A stretch of 64,000 nt of DNA from positions 496,001 to 560,000 of the forward strand of contig NW_026515670.1 in NCBI RefSeq assembly GCF_025526975.1, read 5' to 3'. The notes below the pieces were generated by a model. The model was given only the letters and a program-made list of their open reading frames with translations. It did no database searches and was not told the origin of the DNA. The stretch comes from Fimicolochytrium jonesii (lineage: Eukaryota). A program made the position numbers and the translations under genes. Shown piece after piece: positions 1 through 12,568 of this stretch (its first letter is position 1; each line of letters starts with the position of its first letter).

Positions 1-2027
1 TTTGGCGTGATTAAAGAACTCCTCCCGGCCAGTGGTTTGCCCCATGCAGAGTGGCTGGGCGGCTTCGAGAAACTTCGCTGCTGCGATAGCAATTTCTCTG
101 CCTGCCGCCAAGAGGTGTTCCTGATCTTCGTGATTCTCTTGCAGACCAGCAAGCAGTTTAATTCCTTGCGCCATTTGACCAAGATTGGAAGTCATCGTTA
201 CGATGTTTGCCCCAATGACCTCGTAATCCATTTCTTCCATTGCACCTGTTGCGTTGTTCACCAAAGATCCTGCCGCCGCAAGATTTGCAATAATCTGAGC
301 GGCAACGGCCTCGGCGTTTACGTCCACAGTGTTTTGCTTCCACTGAACTGCTGCAGCGTCGTTACCGAGCGGAGGTAGGTTGGTTGCGTGATTCATGTCG
401 TTTGCCGCATTGTTAACCATAGCAAATCCATTACTGATACTCTGCATGACAGTTTGTTGAGCTCCAGAAATTTCCGACGTTCGTGCGGTATAACCGCCTC
501 CAACTACACCATACTGCACTGGATATATGTTCGCTCCCGTGCGACCCCATCCGGCCCTCATCCCATCTGCCATCATCGTAGGTTGAGACATCTTCGTTTC
601 CACGGCTGTTCTTGCACCGGCAGTAACAACGCCAACATTGGTGGCTCGACTCGGTGTCACATATTCCTCTAGAGTTGCTTGCTCCTCCTCGTCAATTTCC
701 ACCACCTTTTCTGCTTCCTTCCGCTTCTTGATGATGATGTCAATATACCCTGCGATCAGTTGCGAAATTTGCTCCCCCTCTTTCGTCCGAACTGAGAAGT
801 ATGCCTCAGCATAATCTCCGAAGTCCATGGTGAAACTGTTAGGTGACGCCGCCCAGCGACGCAACTGTGTCAGACGCCATTCACGGATGATTTCTTTGGT
901 GAGTGGATCCAATTTGACAACACTCTGCTTGGTAATGCCGAGTAACATCGCGGAATCTTTCTTCTTCTTGGCTGTCTCGTCCTCGACGTAGAAGAAGGTA
1001 ATGCCGTAGGTTTTCAGCGACCGTGAGAGCTGTACATATCGAAATTTGGCATTGAGCTCCGTCAAGCCTTGCAGTTTACTGTGCTCCGTATAGATCCGCT
1101 TCTCCAGATTCTTGTCCTTCTGGTATTCTGGAGGGATGTATTCCTTTACCCTGCACACAGACACCGCCAACAAGTCAACGAGGGGCCTCACAGACGAGCG
1201 GTCAACATCGGCACTTACTTGATGAACCCAGCTTTGTGTTTGTCGGGCTCGTGATTTCCATACTGGACTTGCATTTGAATGGCAGCAAATTGACAGGCCT
1301 CCTCGGCTGTACAGGGATGCTTGCCGGAAATGATCATCTCCTTCGCCTGGTTGAACATCAGGTTCAACTGCACCGGATCGTTTCGGTCAATGTTTTGATC
1401 AGTGAAGAAGAACTTTTTTTTCAGCATGACCGTATCTTCTTCGTTGACGCCTTGTTCTCGCAGGGTCTTGTCCGGGTGAAGCCATTTGGTTTGGTCCCCT
1501 GCTAACGTGTCCAGACCAACCTTTGCTTTCGGTTGAGTCTTAGCGTCCTTTCCCACGCCTTGTTGCGCGGCCTCCAACGATCTCTCAGGCAAAATGGAGT
1601 ATTCCTCGGGGTTTTGGATGCCTATCCTCTCGCAAATAATTTCGACAAGTTGCTGTACATTTAGACTTTCGTCGATGAGAACCGTCTTGACGCTGTTGTC
1701 CATCGTTTTCACTTTTAGCGGACGATGCTTCTTTCGATATTCTAATGAATCGCCGGACACGAGGTCGTAGAAGTCAAGAAGCTTCGATGGCTGCAGCCAT
1801 TTCCCAGAATCGGGGGCCATGAGTCCATGATCTTGACCACCGGCACCCTCGCCGAACTTTTCACGGATTTCCCGGCAAACTTCATATACTGACATATCGC
1901 CCGAAAACTAAATTCAAAGGGGAGTGAGTGAAGACTTCCCATACAATGCTTGCCACGCTGCACGAACCTGCATAGTCTTCGTGAGGCCTAAGCCCACCGC
2001 CGTGATTTTCAGCGACAAGTGAGACAT
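1..2027 (-). CDS. TLN: Talin, N-terminal part (FERM head F0-F3, linker, start of rod R1); continues beyond the window start
   Basis: Spliced ORF with exons 2027-1968, 1907-1219 and 1150-<1, all GT-AG. Talin motifs: KFFFTDQNIDRNDPVQLNL, RSLKTYGITFF, RRWAASPNSFTMDFGDY, EGEQISQLIAGYIDII, LPPLGNDAAAVQWK. Confidence 0.95.
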
Positions 2028-2509
2028 GATGGCGGCTACTGCTGAGCAGTATCGGAGAAGGATGCGGAGTTCACTTATCAGAAGGTCAAATCTTATAGTG
2101 TATGCTGTGGTTCTACTGTTTCCAAAGTTACTCCCCACGCGAAATGAAGTCTTTAAGGGATTAAGAAGCCGGGTGTCAAAATAAGGCCAAGCACAGAAGT
2201 GAGGAGCGTATTCGGCGACGAACGTACGGGACGTCGCGCAGGAATAAGCTAAAGTTAAGATCCCTACCGGACGAAGCAAATCGGGTATAGGAGCGGGGGG
2301 CAAAATGACAGTTCGGAGCTGCTGACGTAAATTGACGGCTATGGCCTCAGGCGAGCGTTCGACTTTTGAAGCTCGATGAAGCGATTGTGTTGGCAAAAGC
2401 CAAGAACTGCCTCTTACATGGGGAAGGTGCAGCTGCCTCAGGTGCTGTGTATAGTACTAGATCAAAGCTCCAGGTATGGCTAAGGTATGGCTAAATGAAG
2501 CTAGCTATT

Positions 2510-3170
2510 CTACCAAGGCGAGGCAACTAGTGCGGCGTCGATCACTCTTTGTTCGTCAGCAATCTTCTGATGCTCGTCAATATCGATAGCATCCCACGGG
2601 TAGGCAATCCAAACGTCCTCCACCTTTAGGGCCGCGATGTACTCCACGTCTGCCGGTAATGTTCCTCGTTTTTCCTTTTGTTTATCGTGTACCACAAAGA
2701 CGTTGATTTTGACCTCTGGCCCAAAGTCTTTGCGCAAGCTCTCTACTGCGTATTGAAGGGTGGTCCTGTACAGAATGGGAGCCCCCTGCGTGAGCTCCTG
2801 GGAGTGAAGCGTTCTGGGAGCTGCAACGCCTGTGTTTACGGTCGCATACTCACCGCGTGTCGTCAACCTCATCCACCAGCAAAACGCTCTTGAGCTCCGG
2901 GTCCCAATCGTGCTCCCGCGGCCACTGGGTCCTCTTCACTCCACTTTCGAGGATCGTTTCGGTATCGTCATCATAAAGCTGGAGGCCAATCACTTTAATC
3001 GGCACGGTCTTGCCGAACTTGGCTTTCAGCAGTGTGCGCAGAATTCTCGCGGGGATGAGACCGCCTCCGCTGATTGGGACCAGGACGTCGGGCACGCTCT
3101 TCAACGACGCAACGGCGCCGGCAAGGAGCGTGTGGATGTGATTGTATGAGTAGTGGTGCTTCTTGGACAT
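2510..3170 (-). CDS. XPT1: Xanthine/hypoxanthine-guanine phosphoribosyltransferase (fungal Xpt1/Hpt1 type)
   Basis: Exons 3170-2854 and 2765-2510. Motifs ISGGGLIPARILRT, PRPP-binding loop LLVDEVDDTRTTL reconstituted across the intron, and WIAYPWDA. Confidence 0.88.
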
Positions 3171-3404
3171 GGTGAGTTGTGACGATTGTGACCATTGCCT
3201 GAGGACCGGAAACTCCCCAAACCTTGAAGCCTGTTATCCAAATGACGGGACTTTCGACAGTGCCTGGTAGATGCGATCCCGTCATCCTGAATCCAAATAC
3301 ACACGATCTATACGCAGGACCATGCCCGCTGAAGTGTCTACCAACCCATTGGGGCAATCCATTTCTCCTACATAACTAGAGTACGGCGCAAAGGAGGCAC
3401 TAAT

Positions 3405-5987
3405 TCAATAGGCATGTGCATGTGGTCCTCCGTGCACTTCGTTGAATACCGCCGGCAGTAGAGCTAAAACTTTCGTGTCCAGTTCCCAATGCTTCTGACT
3501 GAGTTCTATAAACTTTATCTCCGTATCCCGATCTTGCTTGCGATGAAAGCATGAAGCCGCGTTCTCCGCTGAAGCGGCCGCAAAGCTGTGGTTGTGCGCG
3601 TTCTTGGAAATAGTGTATGCGGTGCAGAACATCCGTTCTGCATGGTTAGGGTCTATTGGGGAGAACAGCTCCCCAAGCAGGCCAACGGAGATGTACCGCA
3701 GTTGTGTGCTACACAAGGCGTCGTTTATCTTTATGTTGTCCAGGATCTTGACTCTGTGTACCTTCAGGTTAATCGGATATTTTGGGACATCGAGGGGTGA
3801 CAAACAGAACGGCACTTACTTGGTATCTCGAATATTTCCGCTGATCAAAAGATGCAGACCCTCAATCAAACCCGTAAGTGCCCTTTCGCTAACGGTGCGG
3901 ACTCCTCCCTGGTCTTTGACTGCCGCCTCTAGATCAGCTATCGCGCCGGCAATCTGCGAAAGGAGAAAGTCTGTAAGGGACATTGTGGCAGGTGGAATCC
4001 TCGTCCGGCCTCGTTACCTTAGCATGGTCAGGCGGCGATTCCGTACAAGCAAGAATCGCTACATGAACCGCGCCAAGGAATCTGAACTCCCCATTCCCTA
4101 TGGACGCGGCCTCTCTATAGCGCTCAACCGCGAGGTCATATCGGCCCACCGCTTGATAAAGCATCGCCCAGTTGTGAAGGACCACAGGTCGAAACCTCGT
4201 CCATAGAGCGCTTTCCGACGTGCACCATTCCAGTATCTTTCCAATCACCTGTTGACGAGTTAGCTACCGTTTCCGAAGGTACGAGGCATAGCATGATCGA
4301 TGCTGCACCCACGCGATAAGAATCGAAGTACTCTCCCCGATAGATAGCGATTTCCGAAATGTGCCTGAGGAAAGTCAACTTCGCGTCGCAAAGCCATGCT
4401 CGCTCTGTGTCGGAATTTCCCGCTTCTGCGGGTCGTGCACCTGAGATAGACGGGTCAGAAAGCCGGGATTCAGGGACGTGTCCGAATGAATAACATACTT
4501 CTAGCCGGTCGTTGTGCAAGCTCCTCTGATAAAACAGGTGTGTTAGTCTCCCGTACTGCCACATCTAGCGAGTCGAGATTACGTACTTTCTATCGCCTTC
4601 AGTCCTTCAATCAGATGCTTTTGGGCTTTGAATCCATCTTGAGTCTTGTGCGTCAAAGCAGATATCAGGAAGATTACGATGTGTAGCTTGTATCGAGGTA
4701 GGACTGAGAGAGCGAATGGCACCGTGTGTTCCCCATTTCGAACCAACACTTGAATGATGCCAGCTGCGGTCTCGGCTTGGGTTTCATGCGAAGGAGCTTC
4801 CGCGAGCGCGTGCAGAGCCGCCAACTTTGGGATAGCATCTTTGGAGTTTCCCATCTGAAGGTTGTAAAGGATTGTGGTGGCGATATAGTACAGTCGCAGA
4901 TGTTGGTTCTGACTTGAAGCTATTGACACCGTGGTGGGACCGATGGGTTGACCGCCTTCGACCGCGGCAGGTTGTTGTCCGTTCATTGGCTCAAACAGTG
5001 TTTCGAGTAGCTTCACCACGTCGAGGCCCAGTTGCAGACTTTCAGGGTTCAGCAAGATGGCAGCGAGGGATAGCAGAAGTGCACACTAACGGCGAACATC
5101 CATAAATAACGTGTCTCATGTCACTTGCATGGAAGTGCGGCCAAACCTGCATAGTTCCTTCCCCATGTAGCCGTGCATCTTCAGCCGCGCTCAAAAGCGT
5201 CGAGCAACACCCTTTGTAGTCCTTCTCCAACGCTAGAATACGCGCGCGCCTCATCGTAAAGTGGTAATACCACTTTCGCATGTGTAATCTGTGCTGAGTT
5301 TTAGAACAGAATATGAACCCCCTTTGAGTAAACGCCAACACACCTGGCTGCATCCGCGGCGTATTGTTTCAACTGATTCTTGACTGTCCTCCCAGCCATC
5401 CCAGTCGGATCAGCTTCGCAAATTCGGCATTGCAGATCTTTGATCCTGTAGCCGTATTCATACATATCCACATCGTTTGACTATGTCGCAAAACCTAGGT
5501 TAGACTCGGTTCGGGCATCTTTTTCGCATAACGCGTCAGCAGTATTCTCAGTACGGGTACCTTTTGCACTAGAAGAGCCTATTGATCCAGGATCATACCA
5601 AAAATGATCAGTTTTTAGACGGTGAGAAACATGAAATGCTCATCCTCAAGGATAACCCACCGCCTTCGATAAATGTGCCTCAGCTTCTTGAAAGTTGAAG
5701 AAGTGCAGATGCAGGACCTCCGCCAGCCGGTGCCTCGTCCTGACTTCGACCTTCAGCGGCAGGACACCTGAAAGTAGCACCGCCTCCAACGCTCGGACAC
5801 ACGCCTCTAGATGTGGCTCAACGGGTTCAGAGATCGCGTTGTCCGGTCCGGTCCCGCCCAAGTGCTCCTGTTTTGCAGCCTTCTGTAGGTGGTGCTCAGC
5901 CAACGCCCATAGTACCTCGTACGGTTGGAGTGGCAAGAACGAGTGAGGAGTAAGCCCTTGCTGCTGTGAGCCTACACCTTCTGCCAT
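3405..5987 (-). CDS. MAU2: Cohesin loader subunit MAU2/Scc4 (TPR-like), multi-exon
   Basis: N-terminus LWALAEHHL...ACVRALEAVL...EVRTRHRLAEVL...FQEAEAHLSKA is typical of MAU2. A series of GT-AG-separated helical-repeat exons runs to the stop at 3405. Some internal boundaries are approximate. Confidence 0.8.
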
Positions 5988-6223
5988 CTTGGAGATCCTT
6001 GCTTCTGTGCCTGGGAAATGAGGAAGTCAACTTCAAACGCAAGTCGCGTGGAAGTTGTTGCGGTCACAGTAGCAACTCTCCTATGCCCCTTCGTAAAACC
6101 TTCAGACCTTCAGCCATACAATATAGCCAGCGGCTTCAACATTCCGCTATAAGCTTCCTCCACGGTCGAGGCTGCTGAGCTCCCCTCAAATCAGCAGATC
6201 TCCTCGCCGAAAGCAAAGCCAAC

Positions 6224-7382
6224 ATGTTGCCAACAAGCGCCACGCGGACGCCATCCAGCCCATATGACTTCCCATCACCAATGTCTCGTCCAAGGCGGAC
6301 CCGAAGAGGCTCCAATAGGTTTTTTCCCACGTATCTACGGCGACTGTTCTCGTTCCGCCAAATGGATTTTGAGGTTGCGCTGTGGGAGATGCTGTATTTG
6401 TGTATCTCACCAGAACGAGTGTGAGTTCAGTGTTTCTGCGGGTGCCGGAAAGCTATACCGTCGCTCATACTACTCCGCTATCGTAGATATCGGAATATCA
6501 AATACCACAAACGTATGCACCAGTGGATACTTAAGTCAAACGTCATGGAGCACAGATTGCTGATGTTTGGCCTTCTCTGCGTCGATAGAAACGAAAAATC
6601 AGTGGGCAAGGGATGATCCAGCATTTATGGCGATATTATTCTTCTGCCTGACGAGTAAGACGGAAACACGATTGTAGATTATCCACTGCTTGTGGATTAC
6701 CGTCTGATGCACATTATACGCTCCTTTCTTTCAGCGTCGGCTATTGCATACGGGGTCGTGTATTCCGTGGGATTTGGGGGATTGTTGCGGTTGATCCTTT
6801 GGATGGTTTTCATCGACTTCCTACTGGTGGGAGCAGTGGTTGCTACAGCTTTGTGGTGAGTTATCCAAACACAGTTTGAGCTTGGGGAGACAATCTGACT
6901 GCGGTGTTTACCATGTTCCTTCCGTTAGGGCATTCACAAATCGCTTCCTCCTGCAACACAACCCACACTCGGTGCAACAATCCGTCGAATGGGCCTACGC
7001 CTTTGACGTGCACTGCAATTCCTTCTTCCCCATGTTCCTCGTCACCTACGTCCTCCAGCTGTTCTTCATACCCATCGTGACGAAAAACAACTGGATATCC
7101 CTGTTTGTCGGCAACACCATGTACTTAGTCGCCACATCATATTACGTTTACATAACGTTCCTGGGATACAAAGGTTTGGCACAGGCTGCGGTGTTATGGA
7201 TAGGGGGTGGGGGCCCCATACTGACCTGCGTTCTTTTTGCACCTTTTCCAGCATTACCATTCCTCAAGAATCCTGTAGTCTTCCTATACCCCATAGGACT
7301 ACTCTTCATCATCTATATATTTTCACTGTTTGGCTTCCCTATCGCCTTGCGGATACTCGAAGCATACTTCCGAACAAAATAG
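6224..7382 (+). CDS. UNC50: UNC-50/Gmh1 family Golgi membrane protein
   Basis: Exons 6224-6420, 6487-6512, 6589-~6654, ~6735-6856, ~6929-7172, ~7252-7382. Hallmarks QMDFEVALWEM, VYRNIKYHKQTKNQWARDDPAF, VEWAYAFDVHCNSFFP. Confidence 0.95.
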
Positions 7383-7876
7383 ACTGCATCGAGGCGCTGA
7401 TCGATACCTGTGTCTGCGGGTTGGATGTGAAGGAGTACCGGCGGCGTTTATTCAATGACTTAGGGTCGGCGTGGATTGGTTTTGGCCGGCAATCGGTACC
7501 TCGAAGGAGAGGATGGAGTGGATGGGGGACCATCTGTTCATCAAAGGGTATGACGGCGATTACTTCGTCACTTGCTGCTGGTATCGTCGGGCGAGACGAA
7601 AGGCCAGCTGTCCCCGCAGCCATTCGCTCACGGTTGTTGTGTCAGGCGGATATGTTTCTCACACATACTCATTTCCCCACGTGTATGTCAATATGTCAAA
7701 CACTGGACTTCCAGCGCATCAGATTGACAAAGAAACAGATATTGATTAAAGAAATCGAAGCGTCCTGCATACTAGCTACGCCGATACAGCCACGTACGCC
7801 ATTTTACGGTGATACACTATACCGCAAATACAGACTAGTAGACACATGAGACTTTGGACTATTTACGTATATGTTT

Positions 7877-7896
7877 GGGGGGGGGGGGGGGGGGGG
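7877..7896. repeat. G20 homopolymer just downstream of the GPI-protein stop codon
   Basis: 20 consecutive G read directly from the sequence. Confidence 0.9.
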
Positions 7897-7900
7897 ATAT

Positions 7901-8420
7901 TTAAAGCAAGAGGGCGAAGGCACCGGCGACGGCGGTCAGACCGACAGATGCGAGGATGCTTGTCGCTCCGTAAGATCCAGTCGCGCCGTTGGCAGGCTTG
8001 GCGGCGGCGGACGTGGTGGCTCCGGCGGGGGCAGAGGACACGGCAGTGGAAGGACGAGCGGTTGCAATCACTAGAGAAAAGAAACGACGAACTTTAGTGA
8101 ACAAAATCATGTTGTAGGCCTGTCAATTCCCACGACTCACCACTGGAGATGGACGAAGCACGGGAAAAGACGCTGGAGATGACACTAGAGGCGGTGCTAT
8201 TGGCGGAGGGGGTGGGGCTAGTAAACGCCGAGGTGGAGGTGGGAATGCCAGCGCCCTCGACATCAGTAGATGAGGAACCGGCCACTTCATCGCTGGGAAC
8301 AGGGTCAGAGGGAAAGTCGGAGGTGGGAACGATGTCGACGGAGGAAGAAGGCTCCTCCTGAGCGAAAGCGGGGGCAGCAAGGGCCAAAGCGGCGACAGCG
8401 AGGATAGCCTTGAATTGCAT
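7901..8420 (-). CDS. Small secreted Ser/Thr-rich, probably GPI-anchored surface protein
   Basis: Exons 8420-8141 and 8070-7901. Signal peptide MQFKAILAVAALALAAPAFAQ, S/T/P-rich body, and hydrophobic C-terminus ILASVGLTAVAGAFALLL. Confidence 0.88.
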
Positions 8421-9769
8421 TTTGCGAGGTACAGGTATGGGGTTGTTGAAGGTTGATGGGTTTTGGGTGGTATGTGTTTCCGTGTGAACGGAGGCGGGAA
8501 GGGAAGTGGGGGGCGGCGGTTATATATTCGCGGGTGGAGTTTGTCTGGAGAAGGCCAAGGATCCAACGGAGGCACGCCGGCCGCAGCTGTCAGTGGGGGC
8601 CGGGTTACTCGACGATGATTCGAAAGCCTCTTGTTGAGCCTCTGGATGGACTGGGGAAGAAAGGAGATGGGAGCGAGGTGTGTGGAGACAATCCCCTGTG
8701 GCTTTCACAAACGTTCAGCCATCATCTTGGGCCGGAGTTGTGGATGGCCGCCCGCTATGTTGTGTAGTATGCAATACGTTGATCCCATCCTTCCAATTTC
8801 CCAAATCGTGGAAAGAGTCCACTCCGGAGCTCTCTTGTGCTTCTTTTTGAAGAACGCAAAACCGACCCTGCCGCAGTCACGGCGCAGTGGTTGGGTGCCA
8901 GTGGTTGTTTCTCTTATTCAAGAAGGTTCCTGGGAAGCACGGGAGACCATGTGACCCGGCGTGATTGACGGGCACAAATCAAGGAGGTCTGTCGTCGTCC
9001 TGGACTGAGCTTCGAAGGAAAGAGGCGAGATTGTGTGGAGAAGCTGTCAGAACGTTTCAGAGCAGACACCGGGTAATAATTACCCCTCGGCCTCACACAT
9101 CATCGGCCCTGTCAAAGCACAGGAAGGACGACCATCCCGGCTTCCGCCAGCACATCGAAGAGATGCACCTGAGGTTGTCTTATACACTCGGAAAGCCTAC
9201 TCTGGCGTCTTTGTGCATAAGTCTGCCATTACCTTGACAACTCGTGACACTCGCATGAAGATTTGCAAGGTGGCTTAAAGGACCAAATGAAGACGCCAAG
9301 TAAGGGAATTTTGAGGATGGGGACGAGGGCGGGGATGAGGGCGGCGCCCGTGAGGAGCAAAAGAACATTCTTATATCGGCGGATCCAGATTATCAACATT
9401 CTATGGATACCAAAAAAGTCACGCAATGCTGGTACCGTCGCGAACAAGAACGCCTCGCGGACCCCCGGCTCCCCCTCCGACGCCGCAACGGTGGCAACGT
9501 AGGAGGTGGATAAGTGGGTGCTGCAGCAGATCCATCGTTCAATCTAATCTCCACCCGCGGGGTCCGTCGCTGACTCGCGTGCGAGGTTGGATCAAAGAAA
9601 GCGTTACAAAGCACATTGAAAACCAGATCAATTGTTTGGTTGCGAACGAAATTTTCTACGATCGCAATTGGAAGCTATGCAATGGCGTGCCGAGCGGGCG
9701 GAGGAGTTACTGAGGGAAGTGGGAAAACATTCGTGAAACAAGGGACACGACGGTGAATGGCATCGTGCT

Positions 9770-10022
9770 ACTTGTGGCCTTGGTTCCCCTCCCGCGGGCC
9801 TCTGGCGGCGTTGACGAGTTCGCCGATCTCAAACAAGCGATAGGGACTGTCAGCAATATTCTCTTACGCGTGGGCTTGGGTCCTCTTCCGGGTGCGCATC
9901 ACCGCGTTGACGGGAACACCGGTCTCCAACAAGCGACACGGACGTTCAACGCTATTTCCTCCAACGATATTTTGGGACGCGTGGGCTTGGGTCCCCTTCG
10001 CGTGCTTCGGGCGGCATTGACG
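9770..10022. repeat. Three degenerate tandem copies (period ~96-111 bp) within a decayed ORF-like tract
   Basis: Core ACGCGTGGGCTTGGGTCC...GTTGACG at ~9866 and ~9977, with a diverged copy at ~9770. CAAGCGA..GGAC follows the first two copies. Confidence 0.7.
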
Positions 10023-12031
10023 AGACCGCCGGCACCATCAAACGGAAGGGTCACAGGGTCAAGCAGCAGTCGGGTAAGATGCCGACCATCCAGGCCCTCT
10101 TTGCAGCTTGGCCCGCCGAGATTAGGAGAATCGCCAAGGAAAGCGTTGGGACCAAAATCGTCACGGTCATCACTCACATCTTTGCCGACCATCAGAGCAC
10201 TGCTCCCAGGTCGCGCCCTGGAGATCAAAGAGATTGCTAAGGGAGACTTCGAAATTGGCGCCGTCCCCATCACTGATGCTTACCGGATTCAAGGTGGAAG
10301 GTGCCGTTCCGAGCGTTGCTCACAGACCACTCCCGCCAAGGAAGAGATCGCCAAGGAAAATCGGAACATTGGACGTCATCAGAAGGATGCTCATGTTTGC
10401 GGGCCTGAAGGAGGAGCGATATTCATCGGTTCTCATGTGAGAATAGCGCTCCGCTATGGAGAGGGAAGAAGGAAGCAGGGTGGAGTCCTCGGTCGGGGGA
10501 ACCCGTTCCGATTACGGGATGGTCCTACATGAGTGTTCACGCTGCAGAACAAGACTGACCACGAGGGACGTGGACAACACGGATGTTGGCGGAAGCTGTC
10601 AGCACGAGTCGCTATGCACCAAAGCGTTGACCCTGGACGACGAGGGAATCAAGGGAGCGCAGGTTCTCCCCACGATAGGGGGCTCTAGGAAAAGTCCGGA
10701 GCGACAACTAGTAACTACGCTTAATGGCGGGCAGCCCAAGGAATCGGATCTGGGGCGAGGCCCTCATCGCCGCGGCTGTCAAAGATTGCAATGACAACGG
10801 GTCCAGGTGCTTCTATAGCGACTGTGACGTTGTGTTCGTGAGGTGCAGCGGAACGGCAAGCTGTGCCGCTCGCCGGAGTCCGCCAAGGCACAAAAGAAAG
10901 GATCTTTGCCGGTCTGCCATATCACCACCTTCAATAGGTCCTCCGAATCGCTCGCAAAACAAGCAACTACACCAAAGCCCACCATCTCCCTGATGCGGGC
11001 CGTCCGCTCCCCACCATTCTCGGAGACAGTGATAGCTGAGGAGAAGAAACGTATTCGAAAGCCGTTGCAGAGGCGCGTTTCGAACACTAGGTAGGCGAGC
11101 TCCGTTGGCGATCGTTTCCGGAAAACCAATTAGGGGGGAATCTCATAGGAGGACTGGTGGAAGAGGGCGTTTTGTCCAAAGAAAGTGGAAACGACGCAGA
11201 CTGGCAAGCGACGCTTCCGCTAAGCAGTGACACCTGATGGGTTGTCGTTTTCAACAAAAGCTATGTTCGAACGTCAACACATGAGGCCGACATCGACCAA
11301 TGATGATGAAATGCCTCGCTCCTCTGTCCTCCCCATCCACTCACATAAACAAACGCCTCCACTGTATACCCAACGAACCCGCTACAAGGCAAGACAGAAC
11401 GCCGCAGCCATAAGCGAGCCTCGTGTGAATATGACTAAGGTGCGGAAGGATGACGCGTGTTGTTGTCGGCCCCCTACTCCTTTTAAAAAAAATGGAAGAC
11501 CACCGGAAAGAATCGATCGCCGACCACGGCATGGTGGCGACGATCTGCTCCCCGCCCTGACGCCTATGACAAGAACTATTCAGGAACAAAAGGAAGCGCG
11601 GAGCACCGAACTCCACTATAGCAGATGAGGTTTATCTTGGGAGGTTCTGGATCATCTGGTCACCCTCCTGGCGTGCCGTAGAGCGAGTTATCGGCGTTTA
11701 TCCTGATTGTACTTCTTGAGGTCCTCTCGCGAGATCATGCATCGGCTTTGCTCTTTACATGCTCGAGATACATATACAAGTATTCGTTACTTGTGCCATT
11801 CGGCTATGCATGCCGATATTTGTTGCTGATGATCGCACTGACAGCAAAGTAACAGTGCGCCCATTAAAAGTCACATCTTCGGGCGCCCTCCCCCTCAGCG
11901 CGGGAGTCGGGGACCTCGGCGGCATCAAGGCATCAGGAAAATGACCACATCAAGAGCGTAATGAAAAGACAGGAAAGGAAGGTGCCAGCCAGTGGGAAAA
12001 AAAGACAAAACAATGATGACGAAAAGAAATG

Positions 12032-12115
12032 TCCGGCCACCCAGGGTCGAACTGGGGACACCCAGATTACAGCTTGCGTTACAGTCTGATGCTCTTCCAG
12101 CTGAGCTATGGCCGG
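12032..12115 (-). tRNA. tRNA-Tyr(GTA) with an 11-nt canonical intron (12078-12068)
   Basis: Minus strand reads CCGGCCA TA GCTC AGCTGGAA GAGC A TCAGA CT GTA A [cgcaagctgta] A TCTGG GTGTC CCCAG TTCGACC CTGGG TGGCCGG A. All four stems pair, C1-G72 and A73 Tyr identity elements are present, and a T-rich tract follows. Confidence 0.95.
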
Positions 12116-12568
12116 TGGATGAATATCAATTCTTCTGGTCCTTCCATTAGCAAATAACAAGCTGCACATGAGTGGAAAATGTTCGATTTTTGCTTTGGAT
12201 GCGTTCCAGAAGCTGCTGACGGTTGCCGGCCGAGTGGGATCAGGAAAGCAATCCGATGTTGAGAGTGAGGTTTTCAGCATCTCTTCGACCCGAATCCTGA
12301 GGCTTGGAACGGGTCACACCGGGATCACTAATGTTGGCGGACTCGTTTTCTTGCAGAGGGTACTGGATGTGGGCCCGTCCGGCTTTGTGCTCAAGTACTA
12401 AAGGCGCTCCAGCCTATGTTCCGATGATACATATATTGTGACAATCGCGGGGGCTTACGCTCCTCATAACCCCCAGAGGCAAAGCGCCGACACCCGATGT
12501 CCCGACGGTTGAGTTCAAATCAAACTCTACTATAGTGAAGACGTTTTTATAGTTCGTACAGTCCTATG

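Noticed and set aside
11933..12280. 115-aa minus-strand ORF
   Set aside because: It overlaps the tRNA-Tyr gene and its T-rich trailer and has no recognisable protein features.
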